Shown: positions 39,901 through 48,522 of the stretch, piece after piece
Layout: the number at the start of each line of letters is the position of its first letter
Position numbering within the stretch: position 1 is the stretch's first letter
Source: an uncultured virus (IMG/VR IMGVR_UViG_3300005326_000001)
Taxonomy: Duplodnaviria > Heunggongvirae > Uroviricota > Caudoviricetes
IMG/VR virus record: IMGVR_UViG_3300005326_000001
Strand: one strand, 5' to 3'
Length of the DNA: 64,000 bases
Notes under the pieces: model-generated
What the model was told of the DNA's origin: nothing
Database searches by the model: none
Seen by the model: the letters and a program-made list of their open reading frames with translations, nothing else
Position numbers and translations under genes: made by a program

Positions 39901-40854
39901 TCAAGCGATGGCATACATCCGAATGCAACAGCCAGTAGGTATATAGCTCAACTTGTGGTTAGAACAATAGATAGGGTTCCATATGTGGCATCCACAAAAG
40001 CTACGAGTCCAGATTCGGTTGATTTACATGGTTGGGATGTGAATTTCAATGGCAATGTAAAAGCTATTATGGTTGATGGGTCTGAAATTAGGGGTGACAG
40101 CCTTACCGTTAAGAGAACCGGTACAAGCAATAATTATCTCATGCGTCTAATGATGAATGGTGTAACAAAGGCTTACGCGGATACAAGTGGGTTAGGATAT
40201 TTCGGGCATTCCGTCAGGTCTTTCTATTTTAGAGCACTTACTGTCGCATCAGCTACCACACCGGCTTTCACTTTTACCGATGATGGTAACACAGGTCTCT
40301 ATTCGGGTGGAAGCAACTCAAACATTCTCAGAGTTACAGCAGGTGGTGTTAATGTAGCATCGTTCGACTCTCTCGGAGTTCAAGCTACTGGTTTTAGAAT
40401 GACAACTAAGCCTTTGTGGGATATTCCACTTCCCCTAATTAAAGTAGCCGGAACAGGAACGATAACATTAGCGGCTGATACCTCTGCAGTATCGACCGGA
40501 AATAGCTTATATAATGCCTATTCTGCAATTACTACTAATGTGGCTGTAATAACTACATTCAATCCAAATTACATGAACGCAGTTCCAGATTCTGGTATTG
40601 TATGGGCGAGGTCATCAGCAAGTCTAACCACATCTTTCGATATCATTGTAAAAAATAAAAATAATGAAACACATACCATTGTACTTTCAACTGGCAATCA
40701 AACTTTTGCCGCGGACAATACTTGGTATCGCTATGCATTCCCAATTACCAGTGGAGGGTTTACCCTGACAGATAGAATGTATCAGGCAATACTCACTGTA
40801 AATGACAGTGCAGGTACAGCAACCGTTGATGTCGGAAAGATACAATTTAAATAA
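36916..40854 (+). CDS. Tailspike-like protein with signal peptide, polysaccharide deacetylase and SGNH hydrolase domains
   Basis: MKK plus hydrophobic core; TFTFDDA...SHTATH...AYP (NodB/CE4); GDSI...GGIND...DGIHPN (SGNH). Confidence 0.85.
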   Translation: MKKLGIFILLAPLILWGLYASGADRYGFRNGKLTAYTASSDTVYFDMDGTHAWMTKRANGTLVVATKDTVIAVYDSTGVLIYGSVSADSLFAGGVNVMRALADSTDGLRIELEAAIEDSLAANTQDFSTHADVSDSLALSVLKAAIGDTLANSHNLITAKRLISNEQKYYPRSNRSLVTFTFDDAYETNYTVMYPIFSRHGAVGVTAVVSSTMGTATKATAAQLLIMQNGGWENISHTATHANLTTLTVAEIRTELSTSITAMQDSGLAKPENLAYPNNAQNATVRKIAREYFRSARAGGNVLNSNQILDTYNLRSVEWNTPLADSLTQRKADVLAAFQQNKWLIFYGHNTIAADTTAMNTMLAYIDSLGVPIVTISAGLDSIGNVVDNGDNFAVSDFGIKATQIGTNYLRDGAFWVTGEFIPAGLDSSISMDVSGGYGRLYMRGGDGNASWITMAVGDWQKFVGASAGYLFDDDLWAWTLYMSREASPALTDSSWSVGLDGDGNPVETFASANGNKGTIRLDGNDALIWNRASGGYKFDYSISLKPDSRYSDETDSTLTHTIVNGVPAENYYGTDGDTYSQSINTDDQAVFSGASGGYNFTDGRPLSTADTLATLPEVRILIGDSLAANSYDWATNGDVEDSTSAIWDDLNPLKTWAADDSANYNTAYTNNHVPTAHDSLNIESKGIGASNYQDNSIPLSSLRKGVMDSTLFDANKLAKSHINLGAGWDSVAVKNGGLSLDDITFGKDVDFLNGIVTSNGFKVKTYSWMKNDGSYVWGGAANQGLLTWDTGKVIFKATTGNYINISANGSNDGLAITDTGITSQLPIIVGSDTVAVRHKKFVYEGDSISNDALDWPGHMRRWHNETVIPQINYAAGGATVVSMAVDYATQGHVSKPDSIGKDYWFFIMGGINDLCGGTAATTIYDSLKSIWAQARADKYTVVAFTVMGASADAGMSEADNTQRLALNSLILSDPTLYDYVIQPDKILNPADSTYSSDGIHPNATASRYIAQLVVRTIDRVPYVASTKATSPDSVDLHGWDVNFNGNVKAIMVDGSEIRGDSLTVKRTGTSNNYLMRLMMNGVTKAYADTSGLGYFGHSVRSFYFRALTVASATTPAFTFTDDGNTGLYSGGSNSNILRVTAGGVNVASFDSLGVQATGFRMTTKPLWDIPLPLIKVAGTGTITLAADTSAVSTGNSLYNAYSAITTNVAVITTFNPNYMNAVPDSGIVWARSSASLTTSFDIIVKNKNNETHTIVLSTGNQTFAADNTWYRYAFPITSGGFTLTDRMYQAILTVNDSAGTATVDVGKIQFK

Positions 40855-40872
40855 ACAAATAATTGCCATAAG

Positions 40873-40896
40873 GGGGTTTCGGGCAACCGGAACCCC
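40873..40896 (+). terminator. Hairpin with GCAA tetraloop after the tailspike gene
   Basis: GGGGTTTCGG-GCAA-CCGGAACCCC; no T tract. Confidence 0.4.
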
Positions 40897-40909
40897 ATAA
40901 GAGGGTCTA

Positions 40910-41494
40910 ATGAACTACAAAAGTATTGTTATCGCCATGCTGATATTTCTACCTACAATGGTATCCGCACAGATATTTCCAGAGGGCATAGACCTTAATC
41001 CCGTGTCTATCTCGAAGAAAATAATAGCACCCAATACGTGGCTGAAAGATAAAGCATTAAAATATGGGTTAGCCTCATCGGTGATTGTCGCTCAGTGCTG
41101 TCAAGGCATTGTTGACGGATACCATTTTGGTGGCAATGGTTCGCTTTGCAATGAATCTAATTATCATCTATGGGCGAATGGCGCAAGGTTTGGTTATATA
41201 GGGATAGGGTATTTTGTATTTGCCACAATACAAACCGATAGAATGACATGGGCACAAAAAGGGAGAAGGCTTGTTTCTATGCTCCCGCTTGCGTTGATGT
41301 CATTTAATTGGAGTTATAAGTACCAACGCTACCAAAATCCATGGGACTATACTCCCGAAAGAAACAGGAATAATATCGTTTTGTTTAAAATAGAGGGCTG
41401 GGAAATCAAGGAGTTCTCTGTTGGCACCGGACACATTTCTGGGACAATGGTGGACTTGGGTTCAGTGTGGGTTTTTAAAACTTTGTTTAAATGA
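40910..41494 (+). CDS. Exported/membrane hypothetical protein
   Basis: Signal peptide ending VSA-Q; further hydrophobic segments. Confidence 0.7.
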   Translation: MNYKSIVIAMLIFLPTMVSAQIFPEGIDLNPVSISKKIIAPNTWLKDKALKYGLASSVIVAQCCQGIVDGYHFGGNGSLCNESNYHLWANGARFGYIGIGYFVFATIQTDRMTWAQKGRRLVSMLPLALMSFNWSYKYQRYQNPWDYTPERNRNNIVLFKIEGWEIKEFSVGTGHISGTMVDLGSVWVFKTLFK

Positions 41495-41568
41495 ATGTCG
41501 TGGGAACAGCAAGCGGGTTATGGCTGTTAAGCAAATCTTAATTTTCTTCGGGCAAGGAGGGCGGTACA

Positions 41569-42264
41569 ATGTTACACGATTTATACTCACGCTTAATAGC
41601 TATTACGCATCTTGGATTTTATAAAGCCCTGCTCGCCCTCGTTATTGCCACGTTTACCCCTATAGCCTACTCACTTATGATACTGTATATCCTTATGGGG
41701 ATCGACCTAGGTCTGGGTGTATGGAAGGGTGTATCCTTTCAGTCGTTCTCCTCAAAACGCCTTCGCATGGGTCTTGGTAAGATTATCCTGTATGCGATAG
41801 GTATAGTAGCTGTCAGGCTATTAGAACAACAGATTCATGCCCCCAATACAATGCTCACAGATACCCTTATAATCTTCCTCTCAATAACAGAACTTATATC
41901 TATAATTGAAACACTGGTACTCTTGGGAGTCCCTATACCCTCCGAAAAAATAATCAAGATGATAACCGACAATATAAAGATAGACGGGATACACTTCTCC
42001 TGTGACAAGGAAATAAACAAGAACATTGAGGAGATAAACAAGATAAGATTACTGAATGTACCTGCAATCCCAGATAAGGCTACACGTGAGATGGTGGAGG
42101 CAAAGGTGGGCGGTTTAGAAGAGGTTATAAAACAGATAAATGCTGTGCATTCCCATAATCAGAAACCCTCTGATTTTGCCATGAAGGTTAAATTAGCATT
42201 GACCTCGGAGATGAAGATAGTGGAAAGGGAAATAAGGAATGTAACCACAACCATAGAGAGGTAA
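41569..42264 (+). CDS. Holin with C-terminal extension
   Basis: IDL.LG..K......SS..LR.GL.K, ELISIIE.L..LGVPIP. Confidence 0.85.
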   Translation: MLHDLYSRLIAITHLGFYKALLALVIATFTPIAYSLMILYILMGIDLGLGVWKGVSFQSFSSKRLRMGLGKIILYAIGIVAVRLLEQQIHAPNTMLTDTLIIFLSITELISIIETLVLLGVPIPSEKIIKMITDNIKIDGIHFSCDKEINKNIEEINKIRLLNVPAIPDKATREMVEAKVGGLEEVIKQINAVHSHNQKPSDFAMKVKLALTSEMKIVEREIRNVTTTIER

Positions 42265-42545
42265 TCCGGGTTTATATCATGGTGCAAATATTATGACGGC
42301 AGTTTATTCACCTATATAGACGGGATAAGCGGACTCTGTGGAAAGTGTAAAAGGATAGGGGAGTGCGATGAATGCATGGAGGGGATTAAGCGCCAGATAG
42401 TGAACGAGATAACCATGAAAATATATGCCTTGGTGACGAGTGCCACAGAAAAAGATATAAAAGAGGCGTGAGTCGCTGAATCTAAAAATTTACCAAAGGT
42501 AGCGGGGAACTTTTCCCCTGCGAACACACGCCTCGATTTAACTAA

Positions 42546-43520
42546 TTAGAACGGCAGTCCATCCTTCGGGTCTTTCTTTGTTTCTGTATTCGGGGGTGTA
42601 GTCCCGAATTTTTCATGGACACTTCTCTCTCTGATTTTGTCCGTCAGCCAATCCTCCACTGTTTTAGCTTGCGAATCATTTAACTGGGCAATCTTAAGCC
42701 CAGAGGGAATGCTAAGTTCTTTCTTTACCTCCTGCCATGCAACAGCAGGCTTATCCTTATCGTATATGCCCACCAAAGACTTGATATCTTCAGCCCTCTG
42801 GCTTGCTATTACGGTAGGCTCGGTGAGATTATCGTCCGCAGGTTGTTTCGGTGGTATGACAGGCGGTTTGGTTTCCTGTTTTGGCGTGACAGGTTGCTGT
42901 TTGGTTGCCTGTTTCTGTTTGCCCCTCTCGTTTTCTGGCAGTGCTTCTTCTGGCAGGGAAGGTGGGTTCCAATAATACCAAGTACCCTGAATACTCACGA
43001 ATCCCATGTGAGGTTCATTCTTGTCCACAATAACCGCTTGATTATTCTTGGGTAGTTCATATAGGTATCTCCCTATGCCCCACTGAACCGCAGCCCTTTT
43101 CTCCGCACCAGATACGGAGGATTTATATTCAAGGTCTGGATCATATATGAGGATAGAAGGTTTATCGTAATTTTTATCCCTTCCCTTTACTTCCCAGTTA
43201 GCCATACGTACTTCATTTTCCTTGTCTACGTCAGCACTGGACTTAAACCCTGCACCATCCCATTTTGTAATCCATTCTCCGTCTACGTTTATTGATATAC
43301 CGCACATAAAACCATTTCCCGTATCGGCAAACTGGTTCTGCCAACCGCCAAGCCCACATACAGAATCAAGCCTGTTCATAACGGCACGATTGGTTATGTA
43401 GGCAGCCAGAATTATTTCTGGTTGTTTTGTATGGGGATGAATGCGTGAAGACAAGGCTCGCCACTCTACATCCTCCTGTGGAAATGGTTCGGATAGTTTG
43501 TATAAATCTTCTGACTTCAT
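42546..43520 (-). CDS. Rad52/Sak-type single-strand annealing protein
   Basis: PFPQEDVEWR, AYITNRAVMNRLD.V.G..GWQ, KRAAVQWGIGRYLY. Confidence 0.92.
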   Translation of the reverse strand: MKSEDLYKLSEPFPQEDVEWRALSSRIHPHTKQPEIILAAYITNRAVMNRLDSVCGLGGWQNQFADTGNGFMCGISINVDGEWITKWDGAGFKSSADVDKENEVRMANWEVKGRDKNYDKPSILIYDPDLEYKSSVSGAEKRAAVQWGIGRYLYELPKNNQAVIVDKNEPHMGFVSIQGTWYYWNPPSLPEEALPENERGKQKQATKQQPVTPKQETKPPVIPPKQPADDNLTEPTVIASQRAEDIKSLVGIYDKDKPAVAWQEVKKELSIPSGLKIAQLNDSQAKTVEDWLTDKIRERSVHEKFGTTPPNTETKKDPKDGLPF

Positions 43521-43535
43521 ATTGCTTATTCTCCC

Positions 43536-43943
43536 TTAAAATGGTAAGTCATCATCGGCAACAGGCAATGAAGTCTGCTGTGTCTGTGCCTGGTCTGTTT
43601 TTTCCGCACCGCCAGACAGAAGTTGTGCCTCGAACGCTATAATCCAAGTCTTATATTTCTTCTCGCCCGATTGTTTATCCTCCCACGACTCTGTTTCGAT
43701 CTTGCCCTCTACATAGACCAGCGAACCTTTAACGATATTCTTTCCGCACCACACGGCTTGTTTGCCAATTACCTTGATATTGTGCCACTCGCTTTTTTGT
43801 TCCCACTCGCCACTGGCGTTCTTCTTTGATTCTGAGGTTGCAAGACTAAAAGAACATATACCCGTGCCACTGGGAGTGACTTTGAGTTCTGGGTCTTTAC
43901 CTGCGTTTCCGATAAGCATAACTTTGTTCAGTGAACGTGCCAT
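43536..43943 (-). CDS. ssb: Single-stranded DNA-binding protein
   Basis: LNKVMLIGNAGKDPE...DDDLPF. Confidence 0.97.
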   Translation of the reverse strand: MARSLNKVMLIGNAGKDPELKVTPSGTGICSFSLATSESKKNASGEWEQKSEWHNIKVIGKQAVWCGKNIVKGSLVYVEGKIETESWEDKQSGEKKYKTWIIAFEAQLLSGGAEKTDQAQTQQTSLPVADDDLPF

Positions 43944-44221
43944 TATTGCCGTTGCTCCTTTAATAGTGATAGTGTTAGTTTAACCAGTTCGTTATTTCTT
44001 TCCAATCTGTATATCGCCCTGTTCTTCTCTCTTGTACAGGCGACAAGACCATGTGACCTAAGACTACGTATAGATGTAGAGATTGTGGCATGTTGTTTGC
44101 CCAGTGTTTTAGCAATCTCCCCCGGTGAATACTCTTGCCTAGATAACAGTTCAATTATATGGATACGCAGGGGAGAAGATAGAGTAACAAAAAGTTCGGC
44201 TATCCTCTCGTATTTGGTCAT
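43943..44221 (-). CDS. ArsR/SmtB-family wHTH regulator
   Basis: LSSPLRIHIIELL...EIA..L.....TIS.....LR..GLV...R. Confidence 0.85.
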   Translation of the reverse strand: MTKYERIAELFVTLSSPLRIHIIELLSRQEYSPGEIAKTLGKQHATISTSIRSLRSHGLVACTREKNRAIYRLERNNELVKLTLSLLKEQRQ

Positions 44222-44565
44222 TCGGCTTCTCCTTTCACCCCAAGGTCAAGTTCGGCACGAGCAAGTATCCCTCTAATAGATGCCAACCCCTCCTCAATAA
44301 AGTCTTCCTTAGTGATTATTTCATATTCACCCCTGCCCAACAATTCATCAACAGATAGTTGGTGACGAGGCTGAATTACGCTAACATTATAACCAAGCTC
44401 ATTCTCTCCTATCGAAAAACCAGACCAGTCGCCACCTTGGTTATTTATATATAGCCAAGTGTAAAGTGTATGCCCCTGTATATCCAAAAAATGTCGCCTA
44501 AAAACCGGGAAATCAATTTCAATTTCCGTGTTTATTTCAACCCTGTCCTTTATCTTTAGTTTCAT
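44218..44565 (-). CDS. Hypothetical protein
   Basis: Coupled ORF with RBS. Confidence 0.6.
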   Translation of the reverse strand: MKLKIKDRVEINTEIEIDFPVFRRHFLDIQGHTLYTWLYINNQGGDWSGFSIGENELGYNVSVIQPRHQLSVDELLGRGEYEIITKEDFIEEGLASIRGILARAELDLGVKGEAE

Positions 44566-44936
44566 TCGGTTTCTCCTTTCTTCTCTACGTTAATTGTCAG
44601 TTGCAGTCCAAGTGCCATACATATCCTAACCATGTTGTCAAGGGTGTAGGCAATCTCCTCTGAAAAAATGCGGTCAATATGCCTGCGTGAGCGGTTAAGA
44701 CGCTGTGCCAGTTCCTTCTTGGTGACACCCTGTTCTTTCATGGCGTTGCCTATCTGGAAAGAAAACAAGTCCTTTAATGCACCAGATTGGTATGCAGGAC
44801 GGCTGTCTATCTCATCCAGAAATTCCTCGAACGCCTTGTATAGTTCTCCTGTGGAATTAACCTTGGGCATATTATCCAGTTCTTCCTGTTCAAATAAACT
44901 CTCCTGTGGTAGTTCTTGTGTTCTATTCATTGCCAT
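44562..44936 (-). CDS. XRE-family HTH protein
   Basis: MKEQGVTKKELAQRLNRSRRHIDRI....TLDNMVRICMALG; start likely downstream of the track call. Confidence 0.8.
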   Translation of the reverse strand: MAMNRTQELPQESLFEQEELDNMPKVNSTGELYKAFEEFLDEIDSRPAYQSGALKDLFSFQIGNAMKEQGVTKKELAQRLNRSRRHIDRIFSEEIAYTLDNMVRICMALGLQLTINVEKKGETE

Positions 44937-45162
44937 ACCCCGATACATCGTGTGACAGCTCCTCATAGTCCTCGCATCTACAGCAATCTGTAATAAGGGT
45001 ATACATCGGGAACTTTTTGGGTATACCCCAAGCATTGTCCCATAAATACCCATCAAGCCTTCTCTCTAAAACAGCCTCGCCATTACACTTGGAACAGATA
45101 ACAATATCACCCTCATCCATCATATCCCTCCTCTGGATACTCACAGTTTTCGGCATCGTCAA
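44923..45162 (-). CDS. Small zinc-ribbon protein
   Basis: CSKC...CCRC. Confidence 0.5.
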   Translation of the reverse strand: MTMPKTVSIQRRDMMDEGDIVICSKCNGEAVLERRLDGYLWDNAWGIPKKFPMYTLITDCCRCEDYEELSHDVSGYGNE

Positions 45163-45257
45163 GGTTTATATCTGGACTTAAATTGTAAACACAATACTCG
45201 GTGCAGGTAGAACACTCCTGCCCACCAAACATACAATCCTTTTTATTGACACTCATA

Positions 45258-45638
45258 TCAGTACCCCCTTAAATTAACAGCATATCTACCAAGTTCCCTG
45301 TCGCACCTCTCATTAGCCTCCCGAATCGCAGCGTTCTCCTCTTTTCTGGTCAACTTCACTGCTTCCTTTACGGTCATTCCTAACAGCCCCACATAATCAA
45401 TAGACTTAATGAACTTAAAAAGGTGGCAATACCTACATTCCACCCCCCGATCGCACCCGTTACAAATCTCCGTAACCATTTCCTCAATTAAAAGTATACC
45501 CCTTTGTTGATTTAAAACACCCTCTACACTTTCGGTTCTTGTTTCTGGCTTAACCAATTCCTCTTCTGGTTCTACTATTGTCCGACCGACCTCCCGGTCA
45601 GTGCCGACATCAGCTACATCTGCACTTGCACCTGCCAT
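45258..45638 (-). CDS. Hypothetical protein with Cys cluster
   Basis: AGGGAG RBS; CNGC...CRYC. Confidence 0.6.
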   Translation of the reverse strand: MAGASADVADVGTDREVGRTIVEPEEELVKPETRTESVEGVLNQQRGILLIEEMVTEICNGCDRGVECRYCHLFKFIKSIDYVGLLGMTVKEAVKLTRKEENAAIREANERCDRELGRYAVNLRGY

Positions 45639-45648
45639 ACTAAACTCC

Positions 45649-45855
45649 CTATGAAGTGTTTACTGGTGTGCTAAAGTCTAACTTGTACAAACATAGCCTT
45701 CTCCTCCTGCGAAGGTGGTTAAGTTTGTTGTAATCCTTAATAAATAACCTTATAAGTTTTTCGGCTTCTGCTTCCGTGTCTGAAATCACATCATACCAAA
45801 AATGGAATTTATCATCCCCGTCATAAAGTCTGTATCTGTGCTGTGTTTTTCTCAT
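45649..45855 (-). CDS. Hypothetical protein
   Basis: First ORF after the leftward promoter. Confidence 0.5.
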   Translation of the reverse strand: MRKTQHRYRLYDGDDKFHFWYDVISDTEAEAEKLIRLFIKDYNKLNHLRRRRRLCLYKLDFSTPVNTS

Positions 45856-45973
45856 GCTTCTAATATAACTACTTTTTAGGGTTTAACAAATACTTTTTTT
45901 AAATTAACCCGCCCCGAAAGGGGGACAGGGTGGGTCGGGAGGGGGTGGAAATGAGTTAAGTTTAACACTGGAT

Positions 45974-46002
45974 ATTATAATTCATAAGACTTGGAATGTC
46001 AA
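45974..46002 (-). promoter_or_regulatory. Perfect sigma70-type promoter, leftward
   Basis: TTGACA-N17-TATAAT on the - strand. Confidence 0.9.
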
Positions 46003-46014
46003 GAGGAAAATAAT

Positions 46015-46043
46015 TTGACCTTTGCTTACAATGCTATTATACT
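46015..46043 (+). promoter_or_regulatory. Sigma70-type promoter, rightward (back-to-back with the leftward one)
   Basis: TTGACC-N17-TATACT. Confidence 0.8.
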
Positions 46044-46093
46044 ATCCAATGAAAAACATGAAAAACAGTACAGTAGAAAGAGATAGGCTAAAT

Positions 46094-46109
46094 TGTTTCA
46101 CGTGAAACA
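46094..46109. promoter_or_regulatory. parS: parS site 2
   Basis: Exact TGTTTCACGTGAAACA; intergenic. Confidence 0.85.
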
Positions 46110-46139
46110 TTATTGCAACACGATAAAAGGGAGGTTGGC

Positions 46140-46478
46140 ATGAGAAAAAAGATTAAACTGACATTAGAGTTTCGTAAGAACGAAAACAACTGGACAGCAG
46201 AGTGTGGGGAGCTTAAGACAACCACTTTCGGGGATACGCTATTAGATGCCATTAATAATATGGGCAATGCCATGTATATTGTTATAGAAAATGAACACAA
46301 GTTGGGTAATTGTTTAGACCCCATAGACGTGGTGGTAGAAAAAGATGGTGATGGATACTATGGGCACAGCCTGACAGTGGATGGTGTGTTTGCACAAGGC
46401 GAGACAAAGGAAGAGGCAAAAAAGAACGCCCATAACTGTGTAGAGGCTGCATTAAAAATAATGAATAAATATATTTAA
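46140..46478 (+). CDS. Tandem HicB-like antitoxin domains, no adjacent HicA
   Basis: WTAEC.EL.TTTFGDTLLDAINN and YYG......GVFAQGETKEEAKKN; GGGAGG RBS before ATG 46140. Confidence 0.8.
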   Translation: MRKKIKLTLEFRKNENNWTAECGELKTTTFGDTLLDAINNMGNAMYIVIENEHKLGNCLDPIDVVVEKDGDGYYGHSLTVDGVFAQGETKEEAKKNAHNCVEAALKIMNKYI

Positions 46479-46491
46479 AAGGGAGGTAGGT

Positions 46492-47814
46492 TTGGAAGGA
46501 AAAGAAGGTCGGTCAGAAAGAAAATCAGCCGCGGAAAAGCTGAAAACAATTCTGGACAGCGAGGGTTATGATTTAACCGCAATGGACTATGATGCCATTC
46601 AAACCGATAAACCGCCACGTTCCACGCTAAGACGGTGGTTCGGGACATGGGAGTCGCTAAAAGAAAAGGTGAAGGGATATACAACAGAAACAGATATAGC
46701 GGAATGGGGGACAAAAGAAGAAGAGGAAAAGATAGAAGAGGCGAGGGAGGTCGTGCCAGACATGGAAGCAAATATTGGTCTGGTGCATGAGAATGAAGCT
46801 CTTAAAAGAAAACTGAAACAACAGCAGGACATGACAGAAATTGTCATTGAACAGATGGCGAGAAGGTTTGCTCTCTGTAATTTTAGACCAGCAAAAATAC
46901 CAAAACCAGAAAAGAAGAAATATGACCACGCATTCCATGCTATGAAATCCGATACCCATATTGGTGAGCTTGTTGACCCCCTGTGGGTACAAGGACTTGG
47001 CGAATATAATATCGACATCTTTAAAAAATATATGAATGTATGGCTCGAAAAAATTCTGATCTTCAGGGAACAGGACAAAACATCACATGGGTTAAATAAA
47101 CTGGTCATGCATATGCTTGGTGACTTTGTTACTGGAGAGACAATATATAAGGGTCAGGCATTCATGATAGATGCCCCCACTATTGAGCAACTGGTTGTAT
47201 GTACCGAAATATACACTCAAGTCCTTCTTGTGCTTGCACGTGAGTTTAACACAATAGAGATATATTGTGTTCAGGGCAATCATGGTCGGAGCACCAAGAA
47301 GGGCGAATCGCACCCCCGAACAAACTTCGATGCAATCTTCTACAACATGTTAAAACTTGCTTTGGCAAGGCAGTCAAATATACAAATCTTTATTTCTGAT
47401 TCCCCCACTATGATTGTACAGCATGGTGTATTTAACTTTGCCCTCAACCATAACGACAATGTAAATTCCTGGATGGGTTTGCCGTTCTATGGACTCAACA
47501 GGAAAGCCTCACGCATGACAGACCTGTACAGCATGATTATCCACTATAAACTTGGAGGACATTTTCACCAGTCTGCCAATCTAAATGAAGACGAGATACT
47601 GCTTAATGGTTCGATGGTAGGCGGCTCTGAATTGTCAATAAACCAGATGAACATATCGAGCCGTCCCTCGCAAAAGATATTCTATTTTGACGAGAATCGC
47701 GGGATACAAGCGGTGACAAATCTAATACTTGCCGAAAGAAAGGTTCTTGGTCTTAAGAATAATAATGTCTATACACCACACAATACATTGGCAAACAAAT
47801 TAATAGGAGTATAA
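46492..47814 (+). CDS. Calcineurin-like metallophosphoesterase with N-terminal helical domain
   Basis: SDTHIG, LGDF..GE, GNHGR, GHFH. Confidence 0.85.
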   Translation: MEGKEGRSERKSAAEKLKTILDSEGYDLTAMDYDAIQTDKPPRSTLRRWFGTWESLKEKVKGYTTETDIAEWGTKEEEEKIEEAREVVPDMEANIGLVHENEALKRKLKQQQDMTEIVIEQMARRFALCNFRPAKIPKPEKKKYDHAFHAMKSDTHIGELVDPLWVQGLGEYNIDIFKKYMNVWLEKILIFREQDKTSHGLNKLVMHMLGDFVTGETIYKGQAFMIDAPTIEQLVVCTEIYTQVLLVLAREFNTIEIYCVQGNHGRSTKKGESHPRTNFDAIFYNMLKLALARQSNIQIFISDSPTMIVQHGVFNFALNHNDNVNSWMGLPFYGLNRKASRMTDLYSMIIHYKLGGHFHQSANLNEDEILLNGSMVGGSELSINQMNISSRPSQKIFYFDENRGIQAVTNLILAERKVLGLKNNNVYTPHNTLANKLIGV

Positions 47815-47845
47815 GCGTCCGCGAAATCTTGAAGGGAGGGTTGCT

Positions 47846-48313
47846 ATGTCTTGGTTTGATGCTCGCAAGAAGGCTATTGAGGCGGAGGCTATCGAAACGG
47901 AGTCCATTGCATTTATAGAAGATAGCAGGGCGCACTTTGTAAATGTGTCTGCATCGGGAGAGATAGTCCCTGACAACTATTATGAGCTTGGAGACGGAAA
48001 AGAGGAGGCTATGCCACACAAACCACCAGAACCAGAGGATATACGTTTATTTAAACTTGCCCAGCAGGAGGCGTTTGCTATATTTTTGTGTCGCAGGAAA
48101 GAACATGGTGCATTTAACCAGAACGCAGAGAAATATCCATACGAACATCTTGGAATGATGCTCGGCAAGCTGGGGAGAACCGCCAGAAGTGTGCTCGATA
48201 AGATAAGAACAGGTAAGCCATTACAGAGAGATACGCTGATAGACCTGTCTAACTATGCGTTGATGCTGATGGTAGAGGGTGATTCACAAATCGAAAAGGG
48301 AGAAGCGAAATGA
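47846..48313 (+). CDS. Nucleotide-modification-associated (MazG-like helical) domain protein
   Basis: RRKEHG...KLGR...DTLIDLSNYALM. Confidence 0.65.
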   Translation: MSWFDARKKAIEAEAIETESIAFIEDSRAHFVNVSASGEIVPDNYYELGDGKEEAMPHKPPEPEDIRLFKLAQQEAFAIFLCRRKEHGAFNQNAEKYPYEHLGMMLGKLGRTARSVLDKIRTGKPLQRDTLIDLSNYALMLMVEGDSQIEKGEAK

Positions 48314-48522
48314 AATTCAACTTTATGAAGATGTTAAAGGGTTTGTTTTTGGCGGGAATGTGCGGGGTGGGAACGGGAGAAATCTTAACAAAAATAGGTG
48401 CACTGATAGCCCCAAGCACACCAAGCGGTCATATGACACTGTCCATTATGGGTACAGTAACTTTTCTTGTATTGGTGATATGGAGTACAGATGAAATCAA
48501 ATCACCATGGGGGGAGGATTGA
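48310..48522 (+). CDS. Small membrane protein
   Basis: Two hydrophobic segments; coupled to the upstream gene. Confidence 0.55.
   Translation: MKFNFMKMLKGLFLAGMCGVGTGEILTKIGALIAPSTPSGHMTLSIMGTVTFLVLVIWSTDEIKSPWGED

Noticed and set aside
11973..41000. Many - strand ORFs in the structural region
   Set aside because: Antisense shadows of long + strand genes, without RBS or motifs
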